DNA of 64,000 nucleotides from Pseudomonadota bacterium (GCA_023439305.1 JAEXOO010000042.1:43321-107320); one strand, 5' to 3'. Positions 10,065 to 19,577 are shown, counted from the stretch's first letter. Notes: generated from the sequence alone by a model not told the origin. Program-made: numbers and translations.

Positions 10065-10937
10065 ATGAAATACCTACGCCCTACCCTGATCGCTTCCGCT
10101 ACCCTGGCCGCCACCCTGGCTTCACACTCGCAGGCCGCCACCTGGAGCGACAACTTTCTGGGCTACCGCTACAGCTCGGCCTACACCGAGCCCATGAATG
10201 ATCGCGACATCGAAAAGCACATCCTGAGCTTCACGCACGTCAGCGGCTACAGCCTCGGCCAGAATTTCTTCAACCTGGACATCCTGCAGTCCGACCGCCA
10301 CGACCCGTCGAACGGCAGCAAGAACAACGGCGCCACCGAGTTCTACGCCACCTATCGCCATCAACTGTCTCTAGGCAAGACGTTCGACAAAAACCTGGCA
10401 TTCGGCCCCGTGAAAGATGTGGCGATCACAGCTGGCTTCGACCTGAATACCAAGAACACCGCCTTTGCACCGCGCAAGCGCCTGCTGGTGGTGGGCCCGA
10501 CCTTCAAGTTCGACGTGCCCAAGGGCTTTGTCGACCTGAGCCTGTTGTACGGCAAGGAATGGAACCACTGCGGCCTGGGCGCACCCGCCTGCCCGGACAG
10601 CAAAATCTCCTTTGATTCCCAGTTCATGGCCAGCCTGGCCTGGAACATTCCGTTCGACGCAGGCGCCCTGCCGCTGAAGTTCCAGGGTTTTGCCAACTAC
10701 AACGGCCCCAAAGGCAAGGACTATGCCGGCATCAGCACCAAGTCTGAAGTCTTAGTGCGCACCTCGCTCATGGCCGACGTGGGCAAGCTGGCCTTCGACA
10801 AGAAAAACACCCTGTGGGTAGGCGTGGGCTACGAATACTGGCACAACAAGTTCGGCAACCGCTATATGGCCAATGGCAACGTCAAGCCTGGCATCAAAAC
10901 CAGCGCGCCGACCGTCCAGGTCGAATTCCACTTCTGA
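10065..10937 (+). CDS. Outer-membrane beta-barrel channel, Tsx/OmpK-like
   Basis: Signal peptide MKYLRPTLIASATLAATLASHSQA, alternating beta-strand pattern, EYWHNKFG, and C-terminal ...VEFHF (terminal Phe). ATG at 10065 follows GAGGAG. The ORF-track start at 10008 is probably too far upstream. Confidence 0.6.
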   Translation: MKYLRPTLIASATLAATLASHSQAATWSDNFLGYRYSSAYTEPMNDRDIEKHILSFTHVSGYSLGQNFFNLDILQSDRHDPSNGSKNNGATEFYATYRHQLSLGKTFDKNLAFGPVKDVAITAGFDLNTKNTAFAPRKRLLVVGPTFKFDVPKGFVDLSLLYGKEWNHCGLGAPACPDSKISFDSQFMASLAWNIPFDAGALPLKFQGFANYNGPKGKDYAGISTKSEVLVRTSLMADVGKLAFDKKNTLWVGVGYEYWHNKFGNRYMANGNVKPGIKTSAPTVQVEFHF

Positions 10938-10959
10938 TCGCTGTCGTCAGACTGCCAAA

Positions 10960-10979
10960 AACCGCTCTTCGGAGCGGTT
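10960..10979 (+). terminator. Hairpin after the porin gene
   Basis: AACCGCTC-TTCG-GAGCGGTT hairpin. The T-tract is poor. Confidence 0.45.
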
Positions 10980-11312
10980 GCTTCAGTTATGACCATTTAA
11001 GCCCCTAAGACCAAGCAAAAAACGTTGAGGTCGTGAGGCAGGCGGGCTGCGGGGACGGGATGCAAGCGTCGTGCTGTTTGACGGCGGCCCTCGTTGCTCG
11101 TCTGGGAGACGAGCAACCCGCCGGAGTTCACGACGCGCCCGTCAACGCGGACTGACAAGGGAACCGGCGCACAAGCGCCGGCAAGCCGTCAGCCCAGGCC
11201 GGCCCTGCAGCACCTTGGATGGCGTCTTCAACAAACAAGGCCGTTGTCCATCCCGCCATGCACATTCCGACCCTTGGACAAACCGCATTCCAAGAGGCCT
11301 CAATAAAAGCCA

Positions 11313-12230
11313 TCAGAACTGCACTTCCCCATCCCAATACCCAGGCGTGTTGTAGATGGCGCGCAGGTAATCGATGAAGCGACGCACCTTGGCCGGCAGA
11401 TAGCGCTGCTGCTGGTACACCGCCTGTATGTCGTAGCTGGGCATTTCGTAGTCGTCCAGCACCGTGACCAGCTCGCCGCGCTTGAGCTCGGGCTGGATCT
11501 CCCAGGTAGAGCGCCAACCTATGCCCCAACCCTGCTTGACCCAGTTGAACAACAGCTCGCCATCGTTGCAGTCCAGGTCGCCATCGACCCGCACCGCAGT
11601 AGCCTTGCCATCGCGCATGAAGGTCCAGCCGCGCTGCTGACCGCCTTGCAGATTGAAGGCAAGGCAGTTGTGGCGCACCAGGTCTTCTGGCACGCGCGGC
11701 ACGCCATAGCGCTCGAAGTACTCGGGAGTTCCGCAAACCACGCGACGGTTCGGGTACAGGCGCACTGCCACGTAATTGGGATCGGTAACCTCGCCGATCC
11801 GCAACGCCATGTCATAGCCTTCGCGCACCAGGTCTACCACGCTGTCGGTGAAATTAAAGGACAGCTTCAGTTCGGGATAGCGTTTTTTGAAGGCAATGGC
11901 ATGCGGGGCCACATGACGGCGCCCGAACGCGGCGGGCGCGGACACCACCAGATGGCCCCGAACTACCTTACGCTGCGCGCTGATACTGGCCTCGGCCTCG
12001 TCGAAGTCCCGCAGTATCTGTTTGCACTGCTCCAGGAACTGCTCGCCCAGATCAGTCAGGGTCAGCCCGCGTGTGGAGCGATGCATCAAACGCACGCCAA
12101 GCCGCTGCTCAAGCGCATCCAGGCGCCTTCCCATGACCACGGGGGTCACGCCTTCCACGACGGAAGCCGCCGCAAAACTGCCTTTTTCCGCCACCAGGGC
12201 GAAGCTTCGTATCTCGGTATAACGACTCAT
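11313..12230 (-). CDS. LysR-family transcriptional regulator, divergent from gcl
   Basis: 305 aa. wHTH is IRSFALVAEKGSFAAASVVEGVTPVVMGRRLDALEQRLGVRL, followed by a LysR effector domain. Confidence 0.85.
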   Translation of the reverse strand: MSRYTEIRSFALVAEKGSFAAASVVEGVTPVVMGRRLDALEQRLGVRLMHRSTRGLTLTDLGEQFLEQCKQILRDFDEAEASISAQRKVVRGHLVVSAPAAFGRRHVAPHAIAFKKRYPELKLSFNFTDSVVDLVREGYDMALRIGEVTDPNYVAVRLYPNRRVVCGTPEYFERYGVPRVPEDLVRHNCLAFNLQGGQQRGWTFMRDGKATAVRVDGDLDCNDGELLFNWVKQGWGIGWRSTWEIQPELKRGELVTVLDDYEMPSYDIQAVYQQQRYLPAKVRRFIDYLRAIYNTPGYWDGEVQF

Positions 12231-12340
12231 TCAATACTCCAGGTATCGATAGAAACAATCGTACCACCAATTCAAAGCCCTGCCCCCACTCCTTATCATC
12301 GAGTTGTGAATTTCGTCAACCGATGATCTAGGAGACATCA

Positions 12341-14116
12341 ATGGCTCGAATGAGAGCAGTGGACGCCGCCGCCGCGATCCTGCGCAAAGAAGGCGTGAGC
12401 ACCGTATTTGGCGTGCCCGGCGCCGCCATCAACCCCTTCTACTCCGCACTGCGCAAAGAAGGTGGCTTTGATCACATTCTCGCCCGCCACGTGGAAGGTG
12501 CTTCCCACATGGCCGAAGGTTATACCCGTTCTGCTCCCGGCAACATCGGCGTGTGTATCGGCACCTCCGGCCCAGCCGGAACAGACATGATCACCGGCCT
12601 GTACTCCGCGTCGGCCGACTCGATCCCAATCCTGTGCATCACCGGCCAGGCTCCCCGTTCGCGCCTGTACAAGGAAGACTTCCAGGCCGTGGACATCGAG
12701 TCCATCGCCAAACCCGTCACCAAGTGGGCCGTCACCGTACGCGAACCCGATCTGATTCCCCGCGTGTTCCAACAAGCGTTCCACATCATGCGCTCCGGCC
12801 GCCCCGGCCCCGTGCTGATCGACATGCCTATCGACGTGCAACTGGCCGAAATCGAATTCGACCTGGACACCTATTCGCCTCTGGCCGCCTACAAGCCTCT
12901 GGCAACCCGCGCCCAGGCTGAGAAAGCCATCGAGATGCTGAACGCCTCCGAGCGCCCATTGCTGGTGTCCGGCGGCGGCGTGATCAACGCCGACGCTTCG
13001 GCTCTGCTGCAGGAGTTCGCCGAGCTGGTCAACGTGCCCGTGATCCCGACCCTGATGGGCTGGGGCACCATCCCCGACGATCACCCCCTGATGGCCGGCA
13101 TGGTCGGTCTGCAGACCGCCCACCGCTACGGCAACCAGACCCTGTTGGCTTCGGACTTCGTGTTCGGCATCGGCAACCGCTGGGCCAACCGCCATACCGG
13201 TTCCGTAGACGTCTACACCGAAGGTCGCAAGTTCGTGCACGTGGACATCGAACCCACGCAGATCGGCCGCGTGTTCGGTCCTGACCTGGGCATCGCCTCG
13301 GACGCCGGCGCTGCGCTGGAACTGTTCATCGAAGTAGCCAAGGAATACAAGGCCGCCGGCAAGCTGCGCGACCGCGCCGAATGGGTTGCCGACTGCCAGA
13401 AGCGCAAGGCAACGCTGCAGCGCAAGACCAACTTCGACAACGTGCCCCTGAAGCCCCAGCGCGTCTACGAAGAAATGAACCGCGCCTTCGGCCCTTCGAC
13501 CCGCTACGTGACCACCATCGGTCTGTCGCAGATCGCCGCCGCGCAGTTCCTGCACGTCTACCAGCCACGCAACTGGATCAACTGCGGCCAGGCCGGCCCT
13601 CTGGGCTGGACCATCCCCGCCGCCCTGGGCGTCGTGGCTGCCGATCCTTCGCGCGAAGTCGTGGCCATTTCCGGCGACTACGACTTCCAGTTCATGATCG
13701 AAGAACTGGCCGTGGGCGCTCAGTTCAAGCTGCCGTACCTGCACATTCTGGTTAACAACGCCTACCTGGGTCTGATCCGTCAGGCACAGCGCGGCTTCGA
13801 CATGGACTACTGCGTGCAACTGGCCTTTGATAACATCAATGCGCCGGAGACCAACGGCTACGGCGTGGACCACGTCACCGTCGTCGAAGGCCTGGGTTGC
13901 AAGGCCATCCGCGTGCACAAACCCGAAGAGATCCAGCCTGCCATCGAGAAAGCCCGCGCCCTGATGAAGGAATTCAGCGTGCCCGTCGTGATCGAACTGA
14001 TCCTGGAGCGCGTCACCAACATCGCCATGGGTACCGAGCTGCACAACGTGACCGAGTTCGAAGCCCTGGCCGAAACCGGTATCGATGCGCCCACCGCTAT
14101 CTCGCTGATGGACTGA
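12341..14116 (+). CDS. gcl: Glyoxylate carboligase (tartronate-semialdehyde synthase)
   Basis: 591 aa ThDP enzyme. [19 protein letters not shown]...[11 protein letters not shown] and the ThDP motif [33 protein letters not shown] are closely Gcl-like. Confidence 0.95.
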   Translation: MARMRAVDAAAAILRKEGVSTVFGVPGAAINPFYSALRKEGGFDHILARHVEGASHMAEGYTRSAPGNIGVCIGTSGPAGTDMITGLYSASADSIPILCITGQAPRSRLYKEDFQAVDIESIAKPVTKWAVTVREPDLIPRVFQQAFHIMRSGRPGPVLIDMPIDVQLAEIEFDLDTYSPLAAYKPLATRAQAEKAIEMLNASERPLLVSGGGVINADASALLQEFAELVNVPVIPTLMGWGTIPDDHPLMAGMVGLQTAHRYGNQTLLASDFVFGIGNRWANRHTGSVDVYTEGRKFVHVDIEPTQIGRVFGPDLGIASDAGAALELFIEVAKEYKAAGKLRDRAEWVADCQKRKATLQRKTNFDNVPLKPQRVYEEMNRAFGPSTRYVTTIGLSQIAAAQFLHVYQPRNWINCGQAGPLGWTIPAALGVVAADPSREVVAISGDYDFQFMIEELAVGAQFKLPYLHILVNNAYLGLIRQAQRGFDMDYCVQLAFDNINAPETNGYGVDHVTVVEGLGCKAIRVHKPEEIQPAIEKARALMKEFSVPVVIELILERVTNIAMGTELHNVTEFEALAETGIDAPTAISLMD

Positions 14117-14142
14117 TTGTTGATTTGAAACGGAGTACCACA

Positions 14143-14922
14143 ATGCCAAAATTTGCTGCCAACCTGACCATGCTGTTCAACGAGCACGACTTCCTGGATC
14201 GTTTCCAGGCAGCGGCCGACGCCGGCTTCAAGGGAGTGGAATACCTGTTCCCCTATGCCTACGACAAGCAGCAGCTGGCCGAACAACTGCAGAAAAACGG
14301 CCTGACCCAGGTCCTGCACAACCTGCCGGCCGGCGACTGGGACGGCGGCGAGCGCGGCATCGCGGTACTCCCCGAGCGCGTGGGCGAATTCCAGGACGGC
14401 GTAGGCCGCGCCATCGAATATGCCACGGCCCTGGGCTGCAAGCAGGTCAACTGCCTGGCCGGCAAAGTGCCCGCCGGCCTGGACGCCGACACCGCTCATT
14501 CGACCTTCGTCAACAACCTTCAGTTTGCCGCCGGCAAGCTGAAGGACGCCGGCATCCGCCTGCTGGTCGAACCCATCAACACCTACGACATTCCCGGCTT
14601 CTACCTGAACCGCACCGAACAGGCCGCAGCGCTGCTGCAGGACGTCGGCTCGGACAACCTGTTCATCCAGTACGACATCTACCACGCTCAGCGTCAGGAA
14701 GGCGAACTGGCCAACACCATCAAGAAGCACCTGAACAAGATCGCGCACATCCAGCTGGCCGACAACCCCGGTCGCAACGAACCCGGCACGGGCGAAATCA
14801 ACTACGCCTGGCTGTTCAAGCACATCGACGGTACCGGCTACGACGGCTGGATCGGCTGCGAGTACAAGCCAGCGGGCGTCACCAAGGACGGCCTGGGCTG
14901 GATCCAGGCCCTGACCGCCTGA
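14143..14922 (+). CDS. hyi: Hydroxypyruvate isomerase
   Basis: 259 aa starting MPKFAANLTMLF, with VEYLFPY and GWIGCEYKP. ATG at 14143 is chosen rather than the track start at 13897, which lies inside gcl. Confidence 0.9.
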   Translation: MPKFAANLTMLFNEHDFLDRFQAAADAGFKGVEYLFPYAYDKQQLAEQLQKNGLTQVLHNLPAGDWDGGERGIAVLPERVGEFQDGVGRAIEYATALGCKQVNCLAGKVPAGLDADTAHSTFVNNLQFAAGKLKDAGIRLLVEPINTYDIPGFYLNRTEQAAALLQDVGSDNLFIQYDIYHAQRQEGELANTIKKHLNKIAHIQLADNPGRNEPGTGEINYAWLFKHIDGTGYDGWIGCEYKPAGVTKDGLGWIQALTA

Positions 14923-14963
14923 TCAGTCGGCTCACTGCGCACTAACAACTAGGAGATTACAAA

Positions 14964-15848
14964 ATGGCAAAAATCGGTTTTATCGGTCTGGGCATCATGG
15001 GCGCTCCCATGGCAGTCAACCTGATCAAGGGCGGCCACGAGCTGTTCGCCTTCACCCGCGGCCCATTCCCCAAGAGCGTCAGCGAAGCCGGCGCCACCGT
15101 GTGCGAGAACGGTGCTGAAGTCACCCGCCAGGCTGACATCATCATCACCATGGTGCCGGACACCCCCCATGTCGAAGACGCCCTGTTCGGCGAAAACGGC
15201 ATTGCCGCCGGCCTGTCCAAAGGCAAGATTGTGGTGGACATGAGCTCCATCTCGCCCGTGGCCACCAAAGACTTCGCCAAGCGCATCGCTGAGCTGGGCG
15301 GCGAATACCTGGACGCCCCGGTATCGGGCGGCGAAGTCGGCGCCAAGGCCGCTTCCCTGACCATCATGGTGGGCGGCAAGCAGGACGTCTTCGACAAGGT
15401 CAAGCCGCTGTTCGAACTGATGGGCAAGAATATCACCCTGGTGGGCGGCGTCGGCGACGGCCAGATCACCAAGGTGGCCAATCAGATCATTGTGGCCCTG
15501 ACCATCGAAGCCGTGGGCGAAGCCCTGCTGCTGGCCTCCAAGGCCGGCGCCGACGCAGGCAAGGTCCGTGAAGCCCTGATGGGCGGTTTCGCCAACTCCC
15601 GCATCCTGGAAGTGCACGGCGAACGCATGGTCAAGCGCACCTTCGATCCCGGCTTCCGCATCGAACTGCACCAGAAAGACCTGAACCTGGCCCTGACCAC
15701 CGCACGTCAGCTGGGCGTGGCTCTGCCCAGCACCGCCATCGCCCAGGAACTGTTCAACACCTGCGCAGCCCACGGCGGCGCCGGTCAAGACCACTCCGCA
15801 CTGGTTCGCGCCCTGGAAATCATGGCCAACCACGAAATCGGTCAATAA
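14964..15848 (+). CDS. glxR: 2-hydroxy-3-oxopropionate (tartronate semialdehyde) reductase
   Basis: 294 aa. Has the IGFIGLGIMGAPMAVNL Rossmann motif and the 3-hydroxyisobutyrate-dehydrogenase-family motif DAPVSGG. AGGAGA RBS precedes the start. Confidence 0.9.
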   Translation: MAKIGFIGLGIMGAPMAVNLIKGGHELFAFTRGPFPKSVSEAGATVCENGAEVTRQADIIITMVPDTPHVEDALFGENGIAAGLSKGKIVVDMSSISPVATKDFAKRIAELGGEYLDAPVSGGEVGAKAASLTIMVGGKQDVFDKVKPLFELMGKNITLVGGVGDGQITKVANQIIVALTIEAVGEALLLASKAGADAGKVREALMGGFANSRILEVHGERMVKRTFDPGFRIELHQKDLNLALTTARQLGVALPSTAIAQELFNTCAAHGGAGQDHSALVRALEIMANHEIGQ

Positions 15849-15861
15849 GGACCGCGCTCTG

Positions 15862-15886
15862 AAAGCGGGCTGCGGCCCGCTTTTTT
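15862..15886 (+). terminator. Intrinsic terminator after glxR
   Basis: AAAGCGGGC-TGCG-GCCCGCTTT hairpin followed by TTT. Confidence 0.8.
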
Positions 15887-16085
15887 ACCGCCGTGCCGCC
15901 TCAAGGCCCAGAGCTTCCTGGAAGCACGTTGCCAACAGCGCGGCGCAGCGGTAGGTTATAGCGCGGCGATCAGGCTCTCTCTTCGCCGCGCTTGTTCCGT
16001 TCGTTTAGATGGACGCCCTGCCATTCCCACGGATGCGACCATATCGCGCAGTGGCCAAGGACATGACGCCGACCCTGCGCTAGGA

Positions 16086-17369
16086 ATGCCCATGAAAATC
16101 GAGCCACAAGACTTACTCAGCAAAATGTTCCAGGCTGCCGTCAATGCGGCTCAGCCCGAACACTGTATTCCCCCCTATCTGCCCGAAGCGCCCAAGGGGC
16201 GCACCATCGTCATCGGCGCCGGCAAAGCATCCGCCGCCATGGCTCAGGCGTTGGAGCGGCACTGGGACAAAGGCCCCATCAGCGGCGTCGTCGTGACGCG
16301 CTATGGCTACAGCGTGCCTTGCGACCACATCACCATCCTGGAAGCCGCGCATCCCGTTCCCGATCAGGCCGGCGAAGACGCCGCGCACGAAATTCTGCGC
16401 ACGGTCAGCAATCTGAGCGAAGACGACCTCGTGATCTGCCTGATCTCCGGCGGCGGCTCGTCGCTGCTGCCCCTGGCCGGCGACGGTGTCACCTTGGCGG
16501 ACAAGCAGGCCATCAACAAGGCCCTGCTCAAATCGGGCGCATCGATCGGCGAAATGAACTGCGTGCGCCGCCACCTGTCCGCCATCAAGGGCGGCCGGCT
16601 GGCGGCTGCCTGCGCGCCGGCCCGCGTCTTGAACCTGCTGATTTCAGACGTGCCGGGCGACAACCCCATGGATATCGCCTCCGGCCCTACCGTGGCCGAT
16701 CCGACCACCTGCGAGCAGGCCCTGGAAATCATCCGCCGTTACGGCATTGACATCCCCGCCGCCGCCCGCGCTCTGCTCGAGAGCGGTGCAGGCGAAACAA
16801 TCAAACCCGATGACGCCCGCCTGGCGCGAGTCACGACGCACCTGGTCGCCACGCCCCAGCTCGCCTTGCAGGCCGCCGCCCGCGTGGCCGAAAGCGTAGG
16901 CGTGCAACCTGTACTCCTGGGCGACAGCATTGAAGGCGAAGCGCGCGACGTGGGCAAGGTCATGGCCGGTATCGCGCTCAGCGTCGCCCAGCACGGCCAG
17001 CCGGCCAAGGCTCCTTGCGTGCTGCTGTCAGGCGGCGAAACCACGGTCACCATACGCGGCCAGGGCCGCGGCGGCCGCAACGTCGAATTCCTGCTGTCCA
17101 CGGCGGTAGCCCTGAACAGCGCGCCCGGCATCTACGGCCTGGCCGGAGACACTGACGGCGTGGACGGCCAGGAAGAAATTGCGGGCGCCTTCTGCAGCCC
17201 CGACACACTGGAACGCGCCTGGAAACAAGGCATACGCCCGCGCGACAGCCTGGACAACAACGACGGCCACGGCTTCTTCGAGGCCCTGGACGACTCCCTG
17301 GTCACCGGTCCCACCCTGACCAACGTCAACGATTTCCGCGCAATCTTGGTTTTACCCCACAGCGAATAA
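16086..17369 (+). CDS. ttuD: Glycerate 2-kinase (MOFRL/TtuD-type)
   Basis: 427 aa. Motifs VIGAGKASAAMA, LISGGGSSLL, LSGGETTV and GGRNVEFLL match the DUF4147+MOFRL glycerate kinase family. Confidence 0.85.
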   Translation: MPMKIEPQDLLSKMFQAAVNAAQPEHCIPPYLPEAPKGRTIVIGAGKASAAMAQALERHWDKGPISGVVVTRYGYSVPCDHITILEAAHPVPDQAGEDAAHEILRTVSNLSEDDLVICLISGGGSSLLPLAGDGVTLADKQAINKALLKSGASIGEMNCVRRHLSAIKGGRLAAACAPARVLNLLISDVPGDNPMDIASGPTVADPTTCEQALEIIRRYGIDIPAAARALLESGAGETIKPDDARLARVTTHLVATPQLALQAAARVAESVGVQPVLLGDSIEGEARDVGKVMAGIALSVAQHGQPAKAPCVLLSGGETTVTIRGQGRGGRNVEFLLSTAVALNSAPGIYGLAGDTDGVDGQEEIAGAFCSPDTLERAWKQGIRPRDSLDNNDGHGFFEALDDSLVTGPTLTNVNDFRAILVLPHSE

Positions 17370-17391
17370 CGCATTTCATAAAGGACTGGAC

Positions 17392-17793
17392 ATGAGAGAC
17401 ACGAAGGCCCTGACGCTCGATGACGCCAAACGTATCGCCGCCGCTGCGGAAGCTGAAGCCCTGAACAACAACTGGGCAGTCAGCATCGCGATCTGCGACG
17501 CCGGCGGTCACGCCCTCTGGATGCAGCGCATGGACGGCGCGCCCCTGATGAGCGCCAGCGTTGCCCCGGAAAAAGCCCGCACCTGCGTGCTGAGCGGCAA
17601 GCCCAGCAAAGTCTACGAAGACATGGTCAACAACGGACGCATTGCCGCCCTGGCCATGCCCGTGGTTCCCCTGGAAGGCGGAGAGCCTGTGGTGGTGAAC
17701 GGCCTGGTAATCGGCGCCGTCGGCGTGTCCGGCGTGAAAGCCGGTGAAGACGCCCAGGTCGCCCGCGCCGGCGTGTCCGCCCTGACTGCCTGA
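17392..17793 (+). CDS. glcG: GlcG/HbpS-like (DUF336) protein
   Basis: 133 aa. Has the typical AVSIAICDAGGHALW...GAVGVSG pattern. Confidence 0.8.
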   Translation: MRDTKALTLDDAKRIAAAAEAEALNNNWAVSIAICDAGGHALWMQRMDGAPLMSASVAPEKARTCVLSGKPSKVYEDMVNNGRIAALAMPVVPLEGGEPVVVNGLVIGAVGVSGVKAGEDAQVARAGVSALTA

Positions 17794-17810
17794 CCCCGCA
17801 AGGACAACAC

Positions 17811-19238
17811 ATGAAACGTCAACGTCAATCCCGCATCCTGGCTACGCTGGGCCCTGCCAGCTCCACCCCGGAGCGTATCCGTGAACTGTTCGAGGCCGGC
17901 GCCGATGTGTTCCGCCTGAACTTCAGCCACGGCACGCACGAAGACCACGCCGCCCGCTTCCATACGATCCGCCAGATCGAAAAGGAAACCGGACGCACCA
18001 TCGGCATTCTGATGGATCTGCAAGGCCCCAAGCTGCGCGTAGGCAAAATGAAAGATGGCCGTGTTCAACTGGAAACCGGTCAGAAATTCCGCCTGGACCT
18101 GGACTCGGCCGAAGGCGACAGCACCCGCGCCTACCTGCCTCACCCAGAAATCTTCGCCGCTCTGGAAAACGGAACCGACCTGCTGCTGGACGACGGCAAG
18201 CTGCGTTTGCGCGTCGACAGCTTCGGCCCTGATTTCGCTGAAACCACGGTCATGGTCGGCGGCCCGCTGTCCGATCGCAAGGGCGTGAACGTCCCAGGCG
18301 TGGTGCTGCCTATTTCCCCTCTGACCGAAAAAGACCTGATCGACCTGAAATTCGGCCTGGAGCTGGGCGTGGACTGGGTGGCCCTGTCGTTCGTGCAGCG
18401 CCCCGGCGACATCCGCGAAGCGCGCGAGATCATCGGCGACAAGGCCTGGATCATGGCCAAGCTGGAAAAGCCCCAGGCCCTGGACCACCTGGAAGAAATC
18501 GTGCATCTGTGCGATGGCGTCATGGTCGCCCGTGGCGACCTGGGCGTGGAAGTGCCCCCTCAGCGCGTGCCCGTGCTGCAACGCCAGATCGTGCGCACGG
18601 CACGCGCTGCCGGCCGCCCGGTCGTTGTGGCCACGCAAATGCTGGAATCCATGATCACCTCGCCCGTGCCTACGCGCGCCGAAGCCTCCGACGTGGCCAC
18701 AGCCATCTACTCGGGCGCCGACGCCGTCATGTTGTCGGCCGAATCCGCCTCGGGTCAGTTCCCGCTTGAAGCCGTCTCCATCATGGACAGCATCATCAAG
18801 GAAATCGAGAACGATCCCAGCTGGCGAGCCATCCTGGAAGCCAACCACAGTTCAGCCGAAGCCACCACGGCAGACGCCATCTGTTGCGCCCTGCGTCGCG
18901 TGGCCAGCATCCTGGAACCGGCTACCACGGTAGCCTACACCACGACCGGCTTCAGCGCCCTGCGCGCCAGCCGCGAACGGCCCACTGCACCCATCCTGGC
19001 ATTGACGCCGCGCCTGGAGACCGCTCGTCGCCTGGCCCTGGCCTGGGGCGTGCATGCGATTCCTTGCGAAGACGTCAGCGACCTGACCGAAATGATCGAT
19101 CACGCCATCGACGTGGCCGTGCGTCACGACTTCGCGGCAGGCGGCGACACCATCGTCATGATCGCGGGCGTGCCTTTCGGCAACAGCGGCAAAACCAACT
19201 TGCTGCATGTAGCCACGGTACCCGGCGCCAAAGCCTGA
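17811..19238 (+). CDS. pyk: Pyruvate kinase
   Basis: 475 aa. Motifs ILATLGPAS, FRLNFSHG, LQGPKLRVG and MVARGDLGVE are present. Confidence 0.9.
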   Translation: MKRQRQSRILATLGPASSTPERIRELFEAGADVFRLNFSHGTHEDHAARFHTIRQIEKETGRTIGILMDLQGPKLRVGKMKDGRVQLETGQKFRLDLDSAEGDSTRAYLPHPEIFAALENGTDLLLDDGKLRLRVDSFGPDFAETTVMVGGPLSDRKGVNVPGVVLPISPLTEKDLIDLKFGLELGVDWVALSFVQRPGDIREAREIIGDKAWIMAKLEKPQALDHLEEIVHLCDGVMVARGDLGVEVPPQRVPVLQRQIVRTARAAGRPVVVATQMLESMITSPVPTRAEASDVATAIYSGADAVMLSAESASGQFPLEAVSIMDSIIKEIENDPSWRAILEANHSSAEATTADAICCALRRVASILEPATTVAYTTTGFSALRASRERPTAPILALTPRLETARRLALAWGVHAIPCEDVSDLTEMIDHAIDVAVRHDFAAGGDTIVMIAGVPFGNSGKTNLLHVATVPGAKA

Positions 19239-19255
19239 TTGTTCCGGCCGTGGCT

Positions 19256-19292
19256 ACAGCACACTGCCCGCCGCGTGCGGGCAGTGTGCTGT
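19256..19292 (+). terminator. Perfect 16-bp GC-rich hairpin after pyk
   Basis: ACAGCACACTGCCCGC-CGCGT-GCGGGCAGTGTGCTGT. Only a weak T-tract follows. Confidence 0.55.
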
Positions 19293-19387
19293 TCAAAGGT
19301 ATGGAGCGGACATCGGCGCATGCTGCCTGCCAACAGGACGCCTGCTGCGCACTGAGCCTGGAAACGAAAGAGTTGAATCCGGCACGC

Positions 19388-19542
19388 AAAAAAAAACCCG
19401 AGATCAAGAGATCTCGGGCAAATCCACCAAAGGAGGAGGGTGGAGGAGACAATCGTGGCATGTCGGGCTACTAGATGAAGTATCGAGCCAGAAAGCTAGG
19501 GTAATTACGGTTGTTTTTCCCGCTTTCTTTTCGACATCCGAT
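19388..19542 (-). ncRNA. Candidate trans-acting sRNA with a tandem CUCCUCC (anti-SD) motif
   Basis: The minus strand has a terminator: CCCGAGAUC-UCUU-GAUCUCGGG (19418-19397) plus U9 (19396-19388). A preceding hairpin, UCCACC (19444-19439) with GGUGGA (19428-19423), has the loop CUCCUCCUUU. A promoter-like element lies upstream. There is no credible ORF. The 5' end is inferred only. Confidence 0.45.
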
Positions 19543-19548
19543 AACTGA

Positions 19549-19577
19549 AGTGTATCTACAAAATTTGTGCAATGCAA
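19549..19577 (-). promoter_or_regulatory. Sigma70-like promoter for the candidate sRNA
   Basis: On the minus strand: TTGCAT (19577-19572), 17-nt spacer, TACACT (19554-19549). Confidence 0.35.

Noticed and set aside
11040-11200. Possible riboswitch (glycine- or cobalamin-like GGGAGA.../GCCGG strings) in the structured spacer.
   Set aside because: No B12 box or glycine-aptamer core could be aligned. The spacer lies between convergent genes, so there is nothing downstream to regulate. It is reported instead as an unexplained structured element.
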